In this document: one piece after another, positions 48,612 through 60,157 of the stretch
Position numbering within the stretch: position 1 is the first letter of the stretch
How the letters are laid out: each line of letters begins with the position of its first letter
Source: Malacoraja senta
Lineage: Eukaryota
Assembly: GCA_038087875.1 (NCBI GenBank)
Contig: JAXLNO010005073.1
Coordinates: 62,001-126,000 of the forward strand
DNA: 64,000 bases
Direction: 5' to 3'
The notes under the pieces: generated by a model
The model's input: the letters and a program-made list of their open reading frames with translations, nothing else
The model's database searches: none
What the model was told of the DNA's origin: nothing
Translations under genes and position numbers: made by a program

Positions 48612-49390
48612 CAACAAAACCAAGGAACTGATTGTGGACTTTGGAAGGGGTAGGATGGGGACCCACAGTCCCGTTTATATCAATGGGTTGATGGTGGAAA
48701 GGGTCAAGAGCTTCAAATTCCTGGGCGTGCACATCTCTGAAGATCTCTCCTGGTCCGAGAACACTGATGCTATTATAAAGAAAGCACATCAGCGCCTCTA
48801 CTTCGTGAGAAGATTACGGAGAGTCGGTTTGTCAAGGAGGACTCTCTCTAACTTCTACAGGTGCACAGTAGAGAGCATGCTGACCGGTTGCATCGTGGCT
48901 TGGTTCGGCAACTTGAGCGCCCAGGAGCGAAAAGGACTACAAAAAGATGTGACCACTGCCCAGTCCATCACCGGCTCTGACCTCCCTACCATAGAGGGGA
49001 TCTATCGCAGTCGCTGCCTCAAAAAGGCTGGCAGCATCATCAAGGACCCACATCATCCTGGCCACACACTCACCTCCCCGCTACCTTCAGGTAGAAGGTA
49101 CAGGAGCCTGAAGACTGCAACGACCAGGTTCAGGAATAGCTACTTCCCCACAGCCATCACGCTATGAAACTCAACTCAAACAAAACTCTGAACATTAATA
49201 GCCCATAATCAGTTTATTTCCACTTTATCTGTTTTATTTATTCATGTGTGTATATATTTATACAATGGTATATGGACACACTGATCTGTTCTGTATTCAT
49301 GCCGTCTATATTCTGTTGTGCTGAAGCAAAGCAAGAATTTCATTGTCCTAACTGGGACACACGACAATAAATTCTCTTGAATCTTGAATC
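48612..49390 (+). mobile_element. Rex1/Babar-type LINE 3' fragment
   Basis: ORF 48634-49167, near-identical to 38040-38650; (AATCTTG)n tail; a tail-only copy at 33330-33475. Confidence 0.85.
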
Positions 49391-50228
49391 TTGAGTCCAG
49401 CCATGATCGCATTAAATGGCGGTGCTGGCTCGAGGGGCTGAATGGCCTACCCCTGCACCTATTGTCTATTGTCAAAGATCCTTTCTTTGAATCTGACAAC
49501 GTTTTTTTCATCATAAAACATGAACTCACTTCTTTCCCTTTCCACGGATACTGCTCAAACGGCTGAGTATTTCTAACGTTTACAGTTCTTGTGCTCCTGG
49601 TTAGAGAGGATTGAAGCTGGAGGGCAATATCCACTCTGTTGTCAGCAGTGCTCATTCAACCATTGTTCCAGGCTTAGACTATGATAGACATTTGTCCACT
49701 GTACAGTGGGAAGTATCACAGCTGAATCAGCTACTTTATCAACCATCAGCTCCCATCTCCTGCCTGAGAAATGTCAGCTGATTGTAACCAAGAAATAGAA
49801 ACTTGTGTGAATGTTTACAGTCTCTAACTGATGGCTACTGAGGCAAGTTGTGGCTCTCTGATCTTTCTGAGTACGGTCAATTAATCTGGGGGAGAAAAGA
49901 CACAATGTGCTGGAGTAACTCAACGGGTCAGGCGGAATCTCTGGAGAACATGGATAGGTGAGGTTTTGGGTCTGGACCCTACTTCAGACTAAAGGGCTGT
50001 GACCCGCAATGTCAACTGCCTAACCTGCTGAGTTTCTCCAACACTTTGTGTCTTTTATTGGTAAACTGTCATCTGCAGTACCTTGTGTCTCAGTGAATCT
50101 GGATCACAAGTTAAACTCAAGACTTCTGATCTACATTAGTCAGTGTGGTTAATGCCTGGTCTTTGGGGGAGCTTTTGAACGATGTCCATTTATTCTACAA
50201 ATGTGAACTGTGTTTATTATTTTGACAG

Positions 50229-50336
50229 GGAATCACCCTTTTATAATCAGATTTGTTGTAATTATCGGAGGTCTGGCTGTTCTCATCATCATTATACTGG
50301 CAGTGGAGTGCTGTCAAAGAAAGCGCAAGCCTACAG
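50229..50336 (+). CDS. Transmembrane and juxtamembrane exon (RNHPFIIRFVVIIGGLAVLIIIILAVECCQRKRKPT)
   Basis: Acceptor attttgacAG, donor CAG|gtaaag, phase 1-1; hydrophobic run followed by CC and a basic stop-transfer cluster. Confidence 0.8.
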
Positions 50337-50577
50337 GTAAAGTACATGAAGACATCCTTAATGCAGCACAGATTCCCCACATTATCAATCACAATGTTAT
50401 CTCTGTTACAAGGAGAAAAGAACAATATGTTTTGGATAAGAAAAGTATCTGTTTGTGCTTATGTTGTTGAGAAATTGATTTCAGACTTTTTGTGTTCAAT
50501 TAAAGCATTATTTATGCAATGTGGATTGTCTACCTGTCTACCTGCGTTGCCAGGAGGAGTCTGCTGTATGATTTCAG

Positions 50578-50649
50578 GTGCTGTTCTGCCATGATCTGAC
50601 CACGTGGTGATTGTGTCACCATCCCCTGTGTAAACCATTATCAAATAAA
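50578..50649 (+). CDS. Candidate terminal exon (GAVLP*, then 3' UTR with AATAAA)
   Basis: Acceptor gatttcAG gives phase 1, stop at 50592-50594, AATAAA at 50644-50649; alternative tails are possible. Confidence 0.35.
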
Positions 50650-52039
50650 CATGCCAGAAGTTGAAGTATAGCTAGTGTAGTCATGTAGAAAATATGGTCC
50701 TCAATTTGCCCTCAACATGTTCCTATTTACTGAGGGATGAATATTGGCCAGGAAACCAGGAGACCAAGGTATCTCCACTGCACTTTGGTGATTCACGTTC
50801 CTAAATCTATTGTGTCCCAAGAGGCCAGAAGGGGCCTCAGTTAAACAAATAATCTTTAATCTGGTGAGGCCAATGCTGCAGCAATCCCACATGGCAACAG
50901 AGTGTTTGGCTCAACTGTGTTCAAATTTGGGGTTGTGCCTGAGGGTTTATTCTGTGTTGTTGAACAAACTGATCAGACGGGTATCGGGCTAGTACAACAG
51001 TTCATCAAGGTCACTAACACATGGAATACTCAGTTCTTAAAGCTTCCCTTATATTTATATAAATCAACATGTTTTTTCCATGAAAAAAATAAACCATTCC
51101 AATAACTGATCATTAGAAATATAAAATTACACATTGAATATATTAACTGTATGTACAATTATAAATTCAGTTGCTTCTTTACTTGTCATCTTGACTTGTG
51201 AAAACTCTGCAGTGCAAAGATGCATTTGTCCATTCTCCAGATATTTTCAACTCTGCTAGATACCTCCACATGTTGGCCTTACCTCATTCATGGTCTCCTG
51301 TGACGTTCCCATCCATGTTCTGTCCAGCAATGGCTCTATCGTGTAATCCATACCGTAACTCAAATCCATGCTCATCCTGTGCCTCATATTCTCCATCACC
51401 ATCTTCTTGGGCATCCTGTCCATGTAACACATGATCTATCCATGTAATTTGACTTCTGTCACTTATTCCCATCATTGCACCACCATTTTATTCACAATAT
51501 TTTTCCTGAACTGAATCCAAATTCTTGGATTATCAAATAAGATTTAAACCTGTGCTTCTGGACTATTAATCTCAAAGAGTCTTGGATTAATATCCAGTTA
51601 ACCTATGACAATCCAAAAGTACATCAAAATATGCAAACTAAATATGTACCCATTAACAGGAGTCAGCACAACACATTTGAAAGTAAGTTGGAGAGAAACA
51701 CATCACCAATTCTGAATCTGGTAATGTTGGGAAAAATTAATTACATATTGTGTTTACCATATTTGTGGAAAACGGAGTTAATGGAATCTCTATTGCGTTT
51801 TGTTCAATGTGTGAAATTAAATCGTGTAAAATCATGAGGGGAATAGATAGGGTGAGTGTGCAGAGTCTTTGACCCTGTATAAAGTAATCAAAAACTAGAA
51901 GACATAGGTTTAAGTTGAGAGGAACCTGAGTGGCAGCTTTTTCACTCAGATGATGGTGGTTATATGGAACAAGCTGACAGAGAAGGTCGTTGAGGAAGGA
52001 ACTATAACTGCATTTAAAAGAACTTAGGTAGGTACATGA

Positions 52040-52960
52040 ACCACCGGGTGGCGCCGCAATGGCTGCCTCGCCAACAGTCTGTCTCGTCCTTTTCCTTCTT
52101 TGATGTTTTTTAGTATGTGTTAAATGGATGTTTTAGTGTTCTTTAGCTTTATTTTATGTGGGGGGTGGAGGGAGGTTGGGGGAACCTTTTTAAATCTCTT
52201 ACCTCGACGAAGATGCATTTTTTTCCGTATCGTATCTCCATCTGCACTGTGGCCTAACATCGAGGTGCTGGCGGCCTCTTGCTGGGGATTGACTTTGGGA
52301 GTTCCAACCGCGGGAGCCTGCAGGACTTAACATCATGGAGCTGATGGTCCCTGTCGGGGATCGACCTTGGAGCTCCAACCGTGGGAGCCTGCAGGATATA
52401 ACATCGTGGAGCACGTGGTCCCTTGGTTAGGGATCGACTACGGGAGCTCCAACCGTGGGAGCCTGCAGGATATAACATCGTGAAGCACGTGGTCCCTGTC
52501 GGGGATCGACTACGGGAGCTCCAACCGTGGGAGCCTGCGGATTTAGCATCGTGGAGCACGTGGTCCCTTGTTTAGGGATCGACTACGGGAGCTCCAACCG
52601 TGGAGCCTGCGGATTTAGCATCGTGAAGCACGTGGTCCCTTGGTTAGGGATCAACTTCGGGAGCTCCAAGCCGCACGAGCTTCGACCGCCCTGACCTGGG
52701 GGCTTCAATCGTCAGCTGTGGGAGCTTCCATCACCCCGACTGCGAATGGTTCGACTGCCCCAACCGCGGGAGAATAAAGAGTGAAGAAGATTAGAATTTA
52801 TCGCCTTCCATCACAGTGAGGAATGTGGAGAATCCACTGTGGTGGATGTTTATATTAACTTTTCTGTAGTTGTGTGTCTTGTTGCTTTTTCTAGTATGAC
52901 GATGATAAATTGAGTTTAATTGCACCTTAATTGGTGCACATGACAATAAAATACATTTGA
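52040..52960 (+). mobile_element. Related GC-rich element with an internal ~72-bp tandem array
   Basis: Same layout (GC-rich head, T-rich tract, G-run, CCATCACAGTG hairpin, 3' hairpin plus AATAAA); about 5.5 units at 52297-52680. Confidence 0.6.
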
Positions 52961-52990
52961 AGCTTTGGAGAAGAAAGGTTAAGGTCATGG

Positions 52991-53217
52991 TGTAGCGGAG
53001 CCTGCTGGCGCACGTAGATACCGAACCCGGCGTTGGGAAGCCACGGTCACGTGACTCGGGAGGGGCTGCTGTTTTCGTGCGGTTTCGTTTTTGCGCCACA
53101 GTTGGTTTGCTGACCACCGTTGTGATCAGACGTGTATGCAGAGACCTGTTTGCTAAGGAGCGAGTGTTCAATAAAAACCGTTCAGAAAACGTAGTCGTCG
53201 TTTCTGCATCCGCTAAA
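52991..53217 (+). mobile_element. Solo LTR, 227 bp
   Basis: Terminal inverted repeat TGTAGCGGA / TCCGCTA(A)A, internal AATAAA, 4-bp TSD ATGG at 52987-52990 and 53218-53221. Confidence 0.7.
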
Positions 53218-54923
53218 ATGGGTCAATTGCAGGCACATGGGACTGGCTTGGATGGGGCAACTTGGATGGTATAGACTAGTTGAGCCAAAGGACATGGTTC
53301 TGTGCTGTATGACTCTATGACTCTTTGACTTTATAAAAGGTGAAAACAATTTATATTGTGCCCTCTCTCTGAACAGGTTTGGGCAATCAAAGACAGACAG
53401 CTCCACCATCAAAAAGAAACACAGAAGGTGAATCTCACCTTTAAGGCAACCTTGAAGAAATTCAGCAGATGGCAGGTGTAGTGGCCATTTGGCCTGTTTT
53501 GCATGTCATTGATGATGGCATGTGCCTTTAAATTTTAGACTGCCCGTTGTATTGTGGATGGGATTTATGGCGTGTTTTGGTGCGTGTTTGGAACTTAGAT
53601 GCTTGCGCAGAAGTCTAGTTTTTAGATTAGTTTGGAGAGACGACGGAGAAGGTCAATCCTTCGACCATGTCAATGTTACGGAGACACGAGGAGTTTTGTA
53701 ATGTTTAAAGTTGCAAGTTGGAATTGAAGGAAGATTGCAGTAACGAGTCGGAAGAAACTTGGATGTATCTTGCTGTTTACCTTCAACAATAAAGCATTTA
53801 TTCAACAAAAGACTGTGTGTTGAAGCTTTATGAGTGAAGAAGCTCTGAAGGTCTCTGAGGAAGCTTGCATGCGTATCGAAGATATTCCCTTATCCATTCT
53901 CATCCAAATAGCGGCTAGAGAATTCGTTTCTCGAAAGATAAGAAAAATCTGCCGTTACAATAAGTCGAAGGGAACCTCCGGCAGGGGGGTTAAATACTAG
54001 TCCCAGAGAGTGGGACAGAAGATTAAATCGAAGGGAACCTCCGGCAGGGGGGTTAAATACTAGAAAGGGACATTGAGTGTGGTCTTTGACTGTGCTGCAG
54101 TCTTTAAAGGTACATCGCTTAACGGTGAACTACTGCAAGGTCCAGACCTTACCAACTCACTCATTGGAGTTCTCATCAAATTTAGGCAAGAACCGATTGC
54201 TTTAATGGCTGACATCAGATCGATGTTTCATCAAGTGAAAGTAGCTGGTGAACATATTGATTACCTGCGATTCTTATGGTGGCCTGAAGGGGATGTGCAG
54301 CAAGATCTTGTTGATTACCGGATGAAAGTACATCTCTTTGGAGCAGTGTCATCTCCAAGTTGTGCGAACTTCGCTTTAAGGAACACCACAGAGGATAATA
54401 AAGATTATTTCCCAGAGGAGGTAATTTCCACTTTGAAAAATAATTTCTACGTGGACGATTGCCTAAAATCCATATCTACTGAGCAGAAAGCAATTCAAAT
54501 GGTAAAACACCTGACCTCTCTCTGCAATAAGGGAGGATTTGTACTTTCCAAGTGGATCAGCAACAATCGTGTTGTATTGGAAAGCATTCCACCAGATGAC
54601 AGAGCTGAAGAAACCCAGGAGTTGGATTTAGTTAAAGACAATTTGCCAATGGAAAGGGCACTGGGACTGCACTGGTGCATGGAGACGGATGTGTTTAAGT
54701 TTAAATTGTCGATTCAGGAGCGACCATGTACAAGAAGGGATATCTTTTCTGTGATTGGCTCAGTATACAACCCTTTGGGATTTCTTGCACCATTTACACT
54801 GCCAGCCAAGTTAATTTTACAAAACCTTTGTAAGGAAAAACTTGGATGGGATGAGAGTATAACTCAAACATCCTCGCACCGTTGGCCAGAATGGTTAACG
54901 GACTCCATAAAATGTCAAAGTTT

Positions 54924-57900
54924 TCTTTTTTCTTACAATTAATGTACTCCCTTTATTTATTTTTTTACACTAGAAAAAGAAAAGATTGAAAGAAAGAAGA
55001 AAGTGAAGGAAAAAGTGTAAGTGTAGAAAAGTGTAGAAAATGTAACAACAAAAAAGGACGAAGACCCTATAAGAGCGAAATTAAAAACAAAAAGAAAAAG
55101 AGTTAAGAAATAGGCCCTAAGAAAAGAAAAGAGAAAGAGAAAAAAAGAGAAACAAATGTTTTTTTTAGCATCACGTAAATAGGACATACCAACTCTTCAA
55201 CTATCATCCCCCCTTACCTGACCTCAATTTTTTATTTTTTTAAAGTACTTTTGCACCCTATGTTTGTAATAATTCTATAAATGCAGACCACGTCAGGTGG
55301 AAGTGATCTGGTTTACCTGCTAGGAGGAGTCTTATCTCTTCTAGGTGTAATGTTTCAAACATATTTGAAATCCACATATTTATAGTTGGTATTGGAGCCT
55401 TCTTCCAAATTTTTAGAATTAGCTTTTTTCCAGTTATTAACCCATAGTCCATTAATTTCTTTTGAAACACATTTAGTTCTGGATCATCTTCCGTTATTCC
55501 GAAGATAATCCATTCTGCTTTGGGTATCAGTCTTGTTTTAAATAACTTTGTAAAGATTTCAAAAATTTCATTCCAAAATTTTTGAATTTTTGTAGAGAAG
55601 ACAAATGAGTGCGCTATAGTTGCTTCTTGGGATTGACATTTATCACAAATAGATGATACGTTTGGGAAAATTTTATGAATTTTAGTTTTCGAATAATATA
55701 ATCTATGTAAAATTTTAAATTGTATTAAAGTGTGTCTTACATTAATCGAGCATTTATGCACGTTTAATAAGTATTCATTCCAACTTTCCTTTGACATTTT
55801 AATAGCTAACTCTTGTTCCCAGTCTCTTCTGATACCCTCCGTAGGTGGTATTTGTACATTTAAAATAATATTATACAAATATGATATTAAGTTTGCTGAT
55901 TCCGCTTTTATCTGCATTGCCTCGTCCAATACATCTACTGGATTATTATAATGATCTTTTGTATATTTTTTCAAATAGTCGCATATTTGAAAATATTTAA
56001 AATATTGATTATTTCCGAGTTTATATTTTATTTGTAATTGTTGAAATGAAAGTAATTTTCCAGTTTCATACAAGTCACCAAGCGTTTTAATTCCTAGTCT
56101 ATCCTATTGTGTATAAGCTTTATCTATAATAGAAGGACTAAACGAAGGGTTATTGACTATAGGTAATAAAAGTGATAAGTTTCTTAATTTTAAATTTTGT
56201 TTTATTTGTTTCCAAATACGGATTGTACTATGAATAATTGGGTTCTTATTATAGTTTATGTTATTCAGTTTCATTGGAGAGAGGAGGATCGCTCCAATGT
56301 TTCTAGAGGAGCAATCCTCTTTCTCCATTACAATCCAGTCTACTTGCTGGGCGGAGTTATCCATCAGTTGAATCATGTTTTTAATATTTACTGACCAATA
56401 ATAATACATAAAATTAGGTAGTGCTAGACCCCCCAATACTTTAGGTTTATTCACATGGGTTTTTTGTATTCTATGTGATTTATAGTCCCATATAAAATTA
56501 GTGATATCTGAGTCGAGTTTTTTAAAAAACTTCTTAGGTAAGTATATAGGAATTGATTGAAATAGGTATAAAATTTGTGGTAAAAAGATCATTTTTATTG
56601 CGTTTATTCGGCCTATTAAAGACATCGGGAGCGTTTTCCAGAATTTAATTAATGTATTTAGTTTATTAAGTAGGGGGTCAAAATTTGCCCTGAACATACC
56701 TTGATATGTTCTGGTAATTTCGATTCCCAAATATTTAAATTTTTCTGTAGCTATTTTAAAAGGGAATTTTAAAAGATGTGTTGAATCTTTCGGTTTTATT
56801 GACATAATTTCACTTTTATTCCAATTTATTCTATATCCAGAAAAAGATCCGAAGTCTTCAATTAAATTTAATATATTTGGTATAGTGATTTGAGGTTTTG
56901 TAATATACAATAATATATCATCCGCGTATAAAGATATTTTATTATATGAGTCTTTAGTATTATATCCATGAATATCAGGGTGTATTCTAATTTTTTCTGC
57001 TAGCGGTTCAATAATGAGAGCAAACAGCTGTGGTGATAATGAGCATCCTTGTCTATTTCCCCTTGATAGTTGAAATTTCGAGGATAATATGTTATTAGTA
57101 AGTATTCTAGCTGTAGGTTTGTTATATAGTAACTTAATCCATAAAATAAAATTCTCTCCCAGTTGAAATTTTTGTAATACTTTATCCATATAATTCCATT
57201 CTACTTGATCAAATGCTTTTTCAGCATCCAGCGAAATAATTGATAATTCTTGATCTTCAGATTTGTGTGAGTGCATTATGTTGAGTAGACGTCTCATATT
57301 ATTAGAAGAGTATCTCTTAGGGATAAACCCCGTCTGATCTGGGTTTATTAATTTACTAATGTATTTACTTAATCTTCTAGCTAATGTTTTCGCTAATATT
57401 TTTTGATCTGTGTTTAACAATGCTATCGCTCTATATGAGCCAGGTTCTTCTAAACCTTTATTTTTCTTAGGTATTAATGTAATCGTTGATTCCGCTAATG
57501 TATCAGGTAGTATTCGTTTTTTAAAAGCGTATTGGTACATTTTTTGTAATCTTGGTATTATTTTATCATAAAAGCTTTTATAAAATTCATTAGTAAATCC
57601 ATCAGGGCCTGGTGTTTTTCCATTTTTAATGAGTTTATTGTATCTTCTAATTCCTTAATTGAGATTTGTGCACCCAGTTCCTCTTGTTCCTTCAGCTCTA
57701 ACTTTGGAAGATTACAGGTATCCAAGAACTTTGTGATATTATTGGAATCAATTATCGTTTTAGATGTATACAAATTCTCGTAAAATTGCGCAAATCTTTT
57801 ATTAATATCCTTCGGTGTTGTTAATAATTCCCCTTTATCTGATTTGATCTTTGGTATAGTATGTTCCTTTTCTCGTTTTTTTACCTGGCGAGCCAAAAGT

Positions 57901-58323
57901 TTATGCGGTTTATCCCCAAATTCAAAGTGCTCTTGTTTTGTAATTTGAAAAAGTCTTATAAGTTTGGCAGATAATAATTTATTTAATTTAAATTTTAAAA
58001 TTATTATTTTATTATGTTTATCTATTGATGGATCTTTAGCATTATCTATATTCATTTGTCTAATAAGTTCTTCTAACTGTCTTTGTTCATTCTTATTATT
58101 TTTATTTTGAAAAGCTTGATATGAAATTATAATACCCCTAATGTATGCTTTAAAAGATTCCCAAAGTAAAGTAGGCGATATATCTGAAGTATCATTTGTT
58201 TGAAAAAAGACCTCCATTTGTTCTTTTAAATATATACTCGCTTGTGGATCTTTTAAAATTTGAGAGTTAAATCTCCAGAATGATTTATTCTTAGACAATC
58301 CTTCCAGTTTTAAAAAGAAAGTT
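54924..58323 (-). mobile_element. 5'-truncated L1-clade LINE (ORF2 in three frameshifted pieces)
   Basis: ORFs 57558-58298, 56104-57540 (LDAEKAFD, RQGCSLSP, YADD) and 55258-56073 (C-terminal Cys-rich region); short A tail. Confidence 0.92.
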
Positions 58324-60082
58324 AGTGGATCAGCAACAATCGTGTTGTATTGGAAAACATTCCACCAGATGACAGAGCTGAAGAAACCAAGGAGTTGGAT
58401 TTAGTTTAAAACAATTTGCCAATGGAAAGGGCACTGGGACTGCACTGGTGCATGGAGACGGATGTGTTTAAGTTTAAATTGTCGATTCAGGAGCGACCAT
58501 GTACAAGAAGGGATATCTTTTCTGTGATTGGCTCAGTATACAACCCTTTGGGATTTCTTGCACCATTTACACTGCCAGCCAAGTTAATTTTACAAAACCT
58601 TTGTAAGGAAAAACTTGGATAGGATGAGAGTATAACTCAAACATCCACGCACCGTTGGCCAGAATGGTTAACGGACTCCATAAAATTTCAAAGTTTAAGG
58701 TGGATCGGTGCATAAAGCCTAAAAACTTTGGTAAGATCAGTAGTGCACAATTGCATCATTTTTCGGATGTCAGTGAAAGTGGTTACAGGACTGTTTCATA
58801 TTAAAGACTGCAAAATGTTAGCAAAAGAGTGCATGTTGCATTCTTAATGAGAAAAGCCAGAGTGGCACCACTGAAACAAATGACGATTCCCAGAATGGAA
58901 CTTACAGCAGCAGTCTTAGCTGTTAAAATTGACATAATGCTGCAAAAGGAACTACAATTTCAACTGGAAGAATCTATATTCTGGACCGATAGCACTACGG
59001 TTCTGAAATACATCAATAATGAAAACAAACGCTTTATGACATTTGTAGCAAATAGAGTCTCCTTTGTATTGGGAGCTACTAATGTTTCTCAATGGAGATA
59101 TGTTAGCACCAAAGAAAATCCTGCGGATGAAGCCTCTAGAGGACTAACAGCAAATTGTTTTCTAAACAACAGGAGATGGATCAATGTGCCCAAGTTTCTT
59201 TGTGAACAAAGCAGAGAATGGCCAAAGCTTGAAGTCGGATATGAAATCTCTGTAAATGAACCGGAAATTAAACAAAACATTTCGGTGATTCTGATTGCTA
59301 AAGACTCATATGACACCGTGAACAATTTAATTACCCACTTTTCATCATGGAATAAATTGATAACTTCTTAAGATAAATTGATAATTGTTCTTAAAATAAA
59401 AACAAGAATATTGCTGGCGGCTCGGGAAAGGAGACAAATTACAGAGTATCCTGAGAGAGAATCCTGATAAACGGAAAGGAGAGATTGAAGGCCAGATGCA
59501 AGTTTTTGAAGCTTCATATGACGTACAGGATTTACGTCTTGATGATGTCCTCAAGGCGGAAAATGCGATCATCTCTTTCTGTCAAAGACAGAAATACAAA
59601 GAAGAAATATAAACATTGGAAGCTGGAGGACAGGGGGTAAAAAGAAACAGTCAATTGTACAAGCTCGACCCAGTCTGGGAGGAAGGTCTTCTGCGGATGG
59701 GTGGTCGCCTAAACAAATTGGCAATGCCCGTAAAAACTAAACATCCTATCATTCTCTCACTTTTACATAACGACATTATTTTTACGACATATTCATGAAC
59801 AAGTTAGACATGGAGGAAGAAATTATATGTTGTCCCAACTTGGTAACAAATATTGGGTTATCAAGGCTGATTCTGCAGCATCACGAGGTTCTTGGTTGAT
59901 GGGAAGAATACTAGAAATCATGCCTCACGTTCGGGGTTTGGTGCGTATGGTACGTCTTAAAACAAAAAACTATGTTTTAATAAGACCAATAACCAAGTTG
60001 TGTTTGCTTCTAGAAGGCGAAGGTGAAGATGGAAGAGTCGATGAAGGGCCATGATTGCGGATATATAGTGCATGCAATTTTT

Positions 60083-60157
60083 TCCTCGTTAGTATCGTGT
60101 TTAGTATCCCTGCCTGTCACGCGTTAGACCGGGGTTCAATTTGCCGACGAGGAGCCA
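60083..60157 (+). pseudogene. tRNA-Asp(GTC)-like sequence with 3' CCA inside the BEL 3' untranslated region
   Basis: 72 nt colinear with vertebrate tRNA-Asp (about 10 differences from the human sequence as recalled), GTC anticodon, followed by CCA; anticodon stem broken. Confidence 0.85.

Noticed and set aside
34768-50336. Assigning the symbol CD4 or LAG3
   Set aside because: The architecture is only similar: eight domains, a shifted cysteine pattern, an unresolved tail and no diagnostic syntenic genes in the window.
53978-54000. BEL leader (GGCAGGG...ATACTA) as a primer site complementary to the element's own tRNA-Asp 5' half
   Set aside because: Only 7+6 nt match with a 7-nt gap and not adjacent to the LTR; compatible with chance.
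60083-60154. Functional tRNA-Asp gene
   Set aside because: The anticodon stem is unpaired (GG to TT), D-loop and T-stem positions are altered, and the encoded CCA points to retro-capture.
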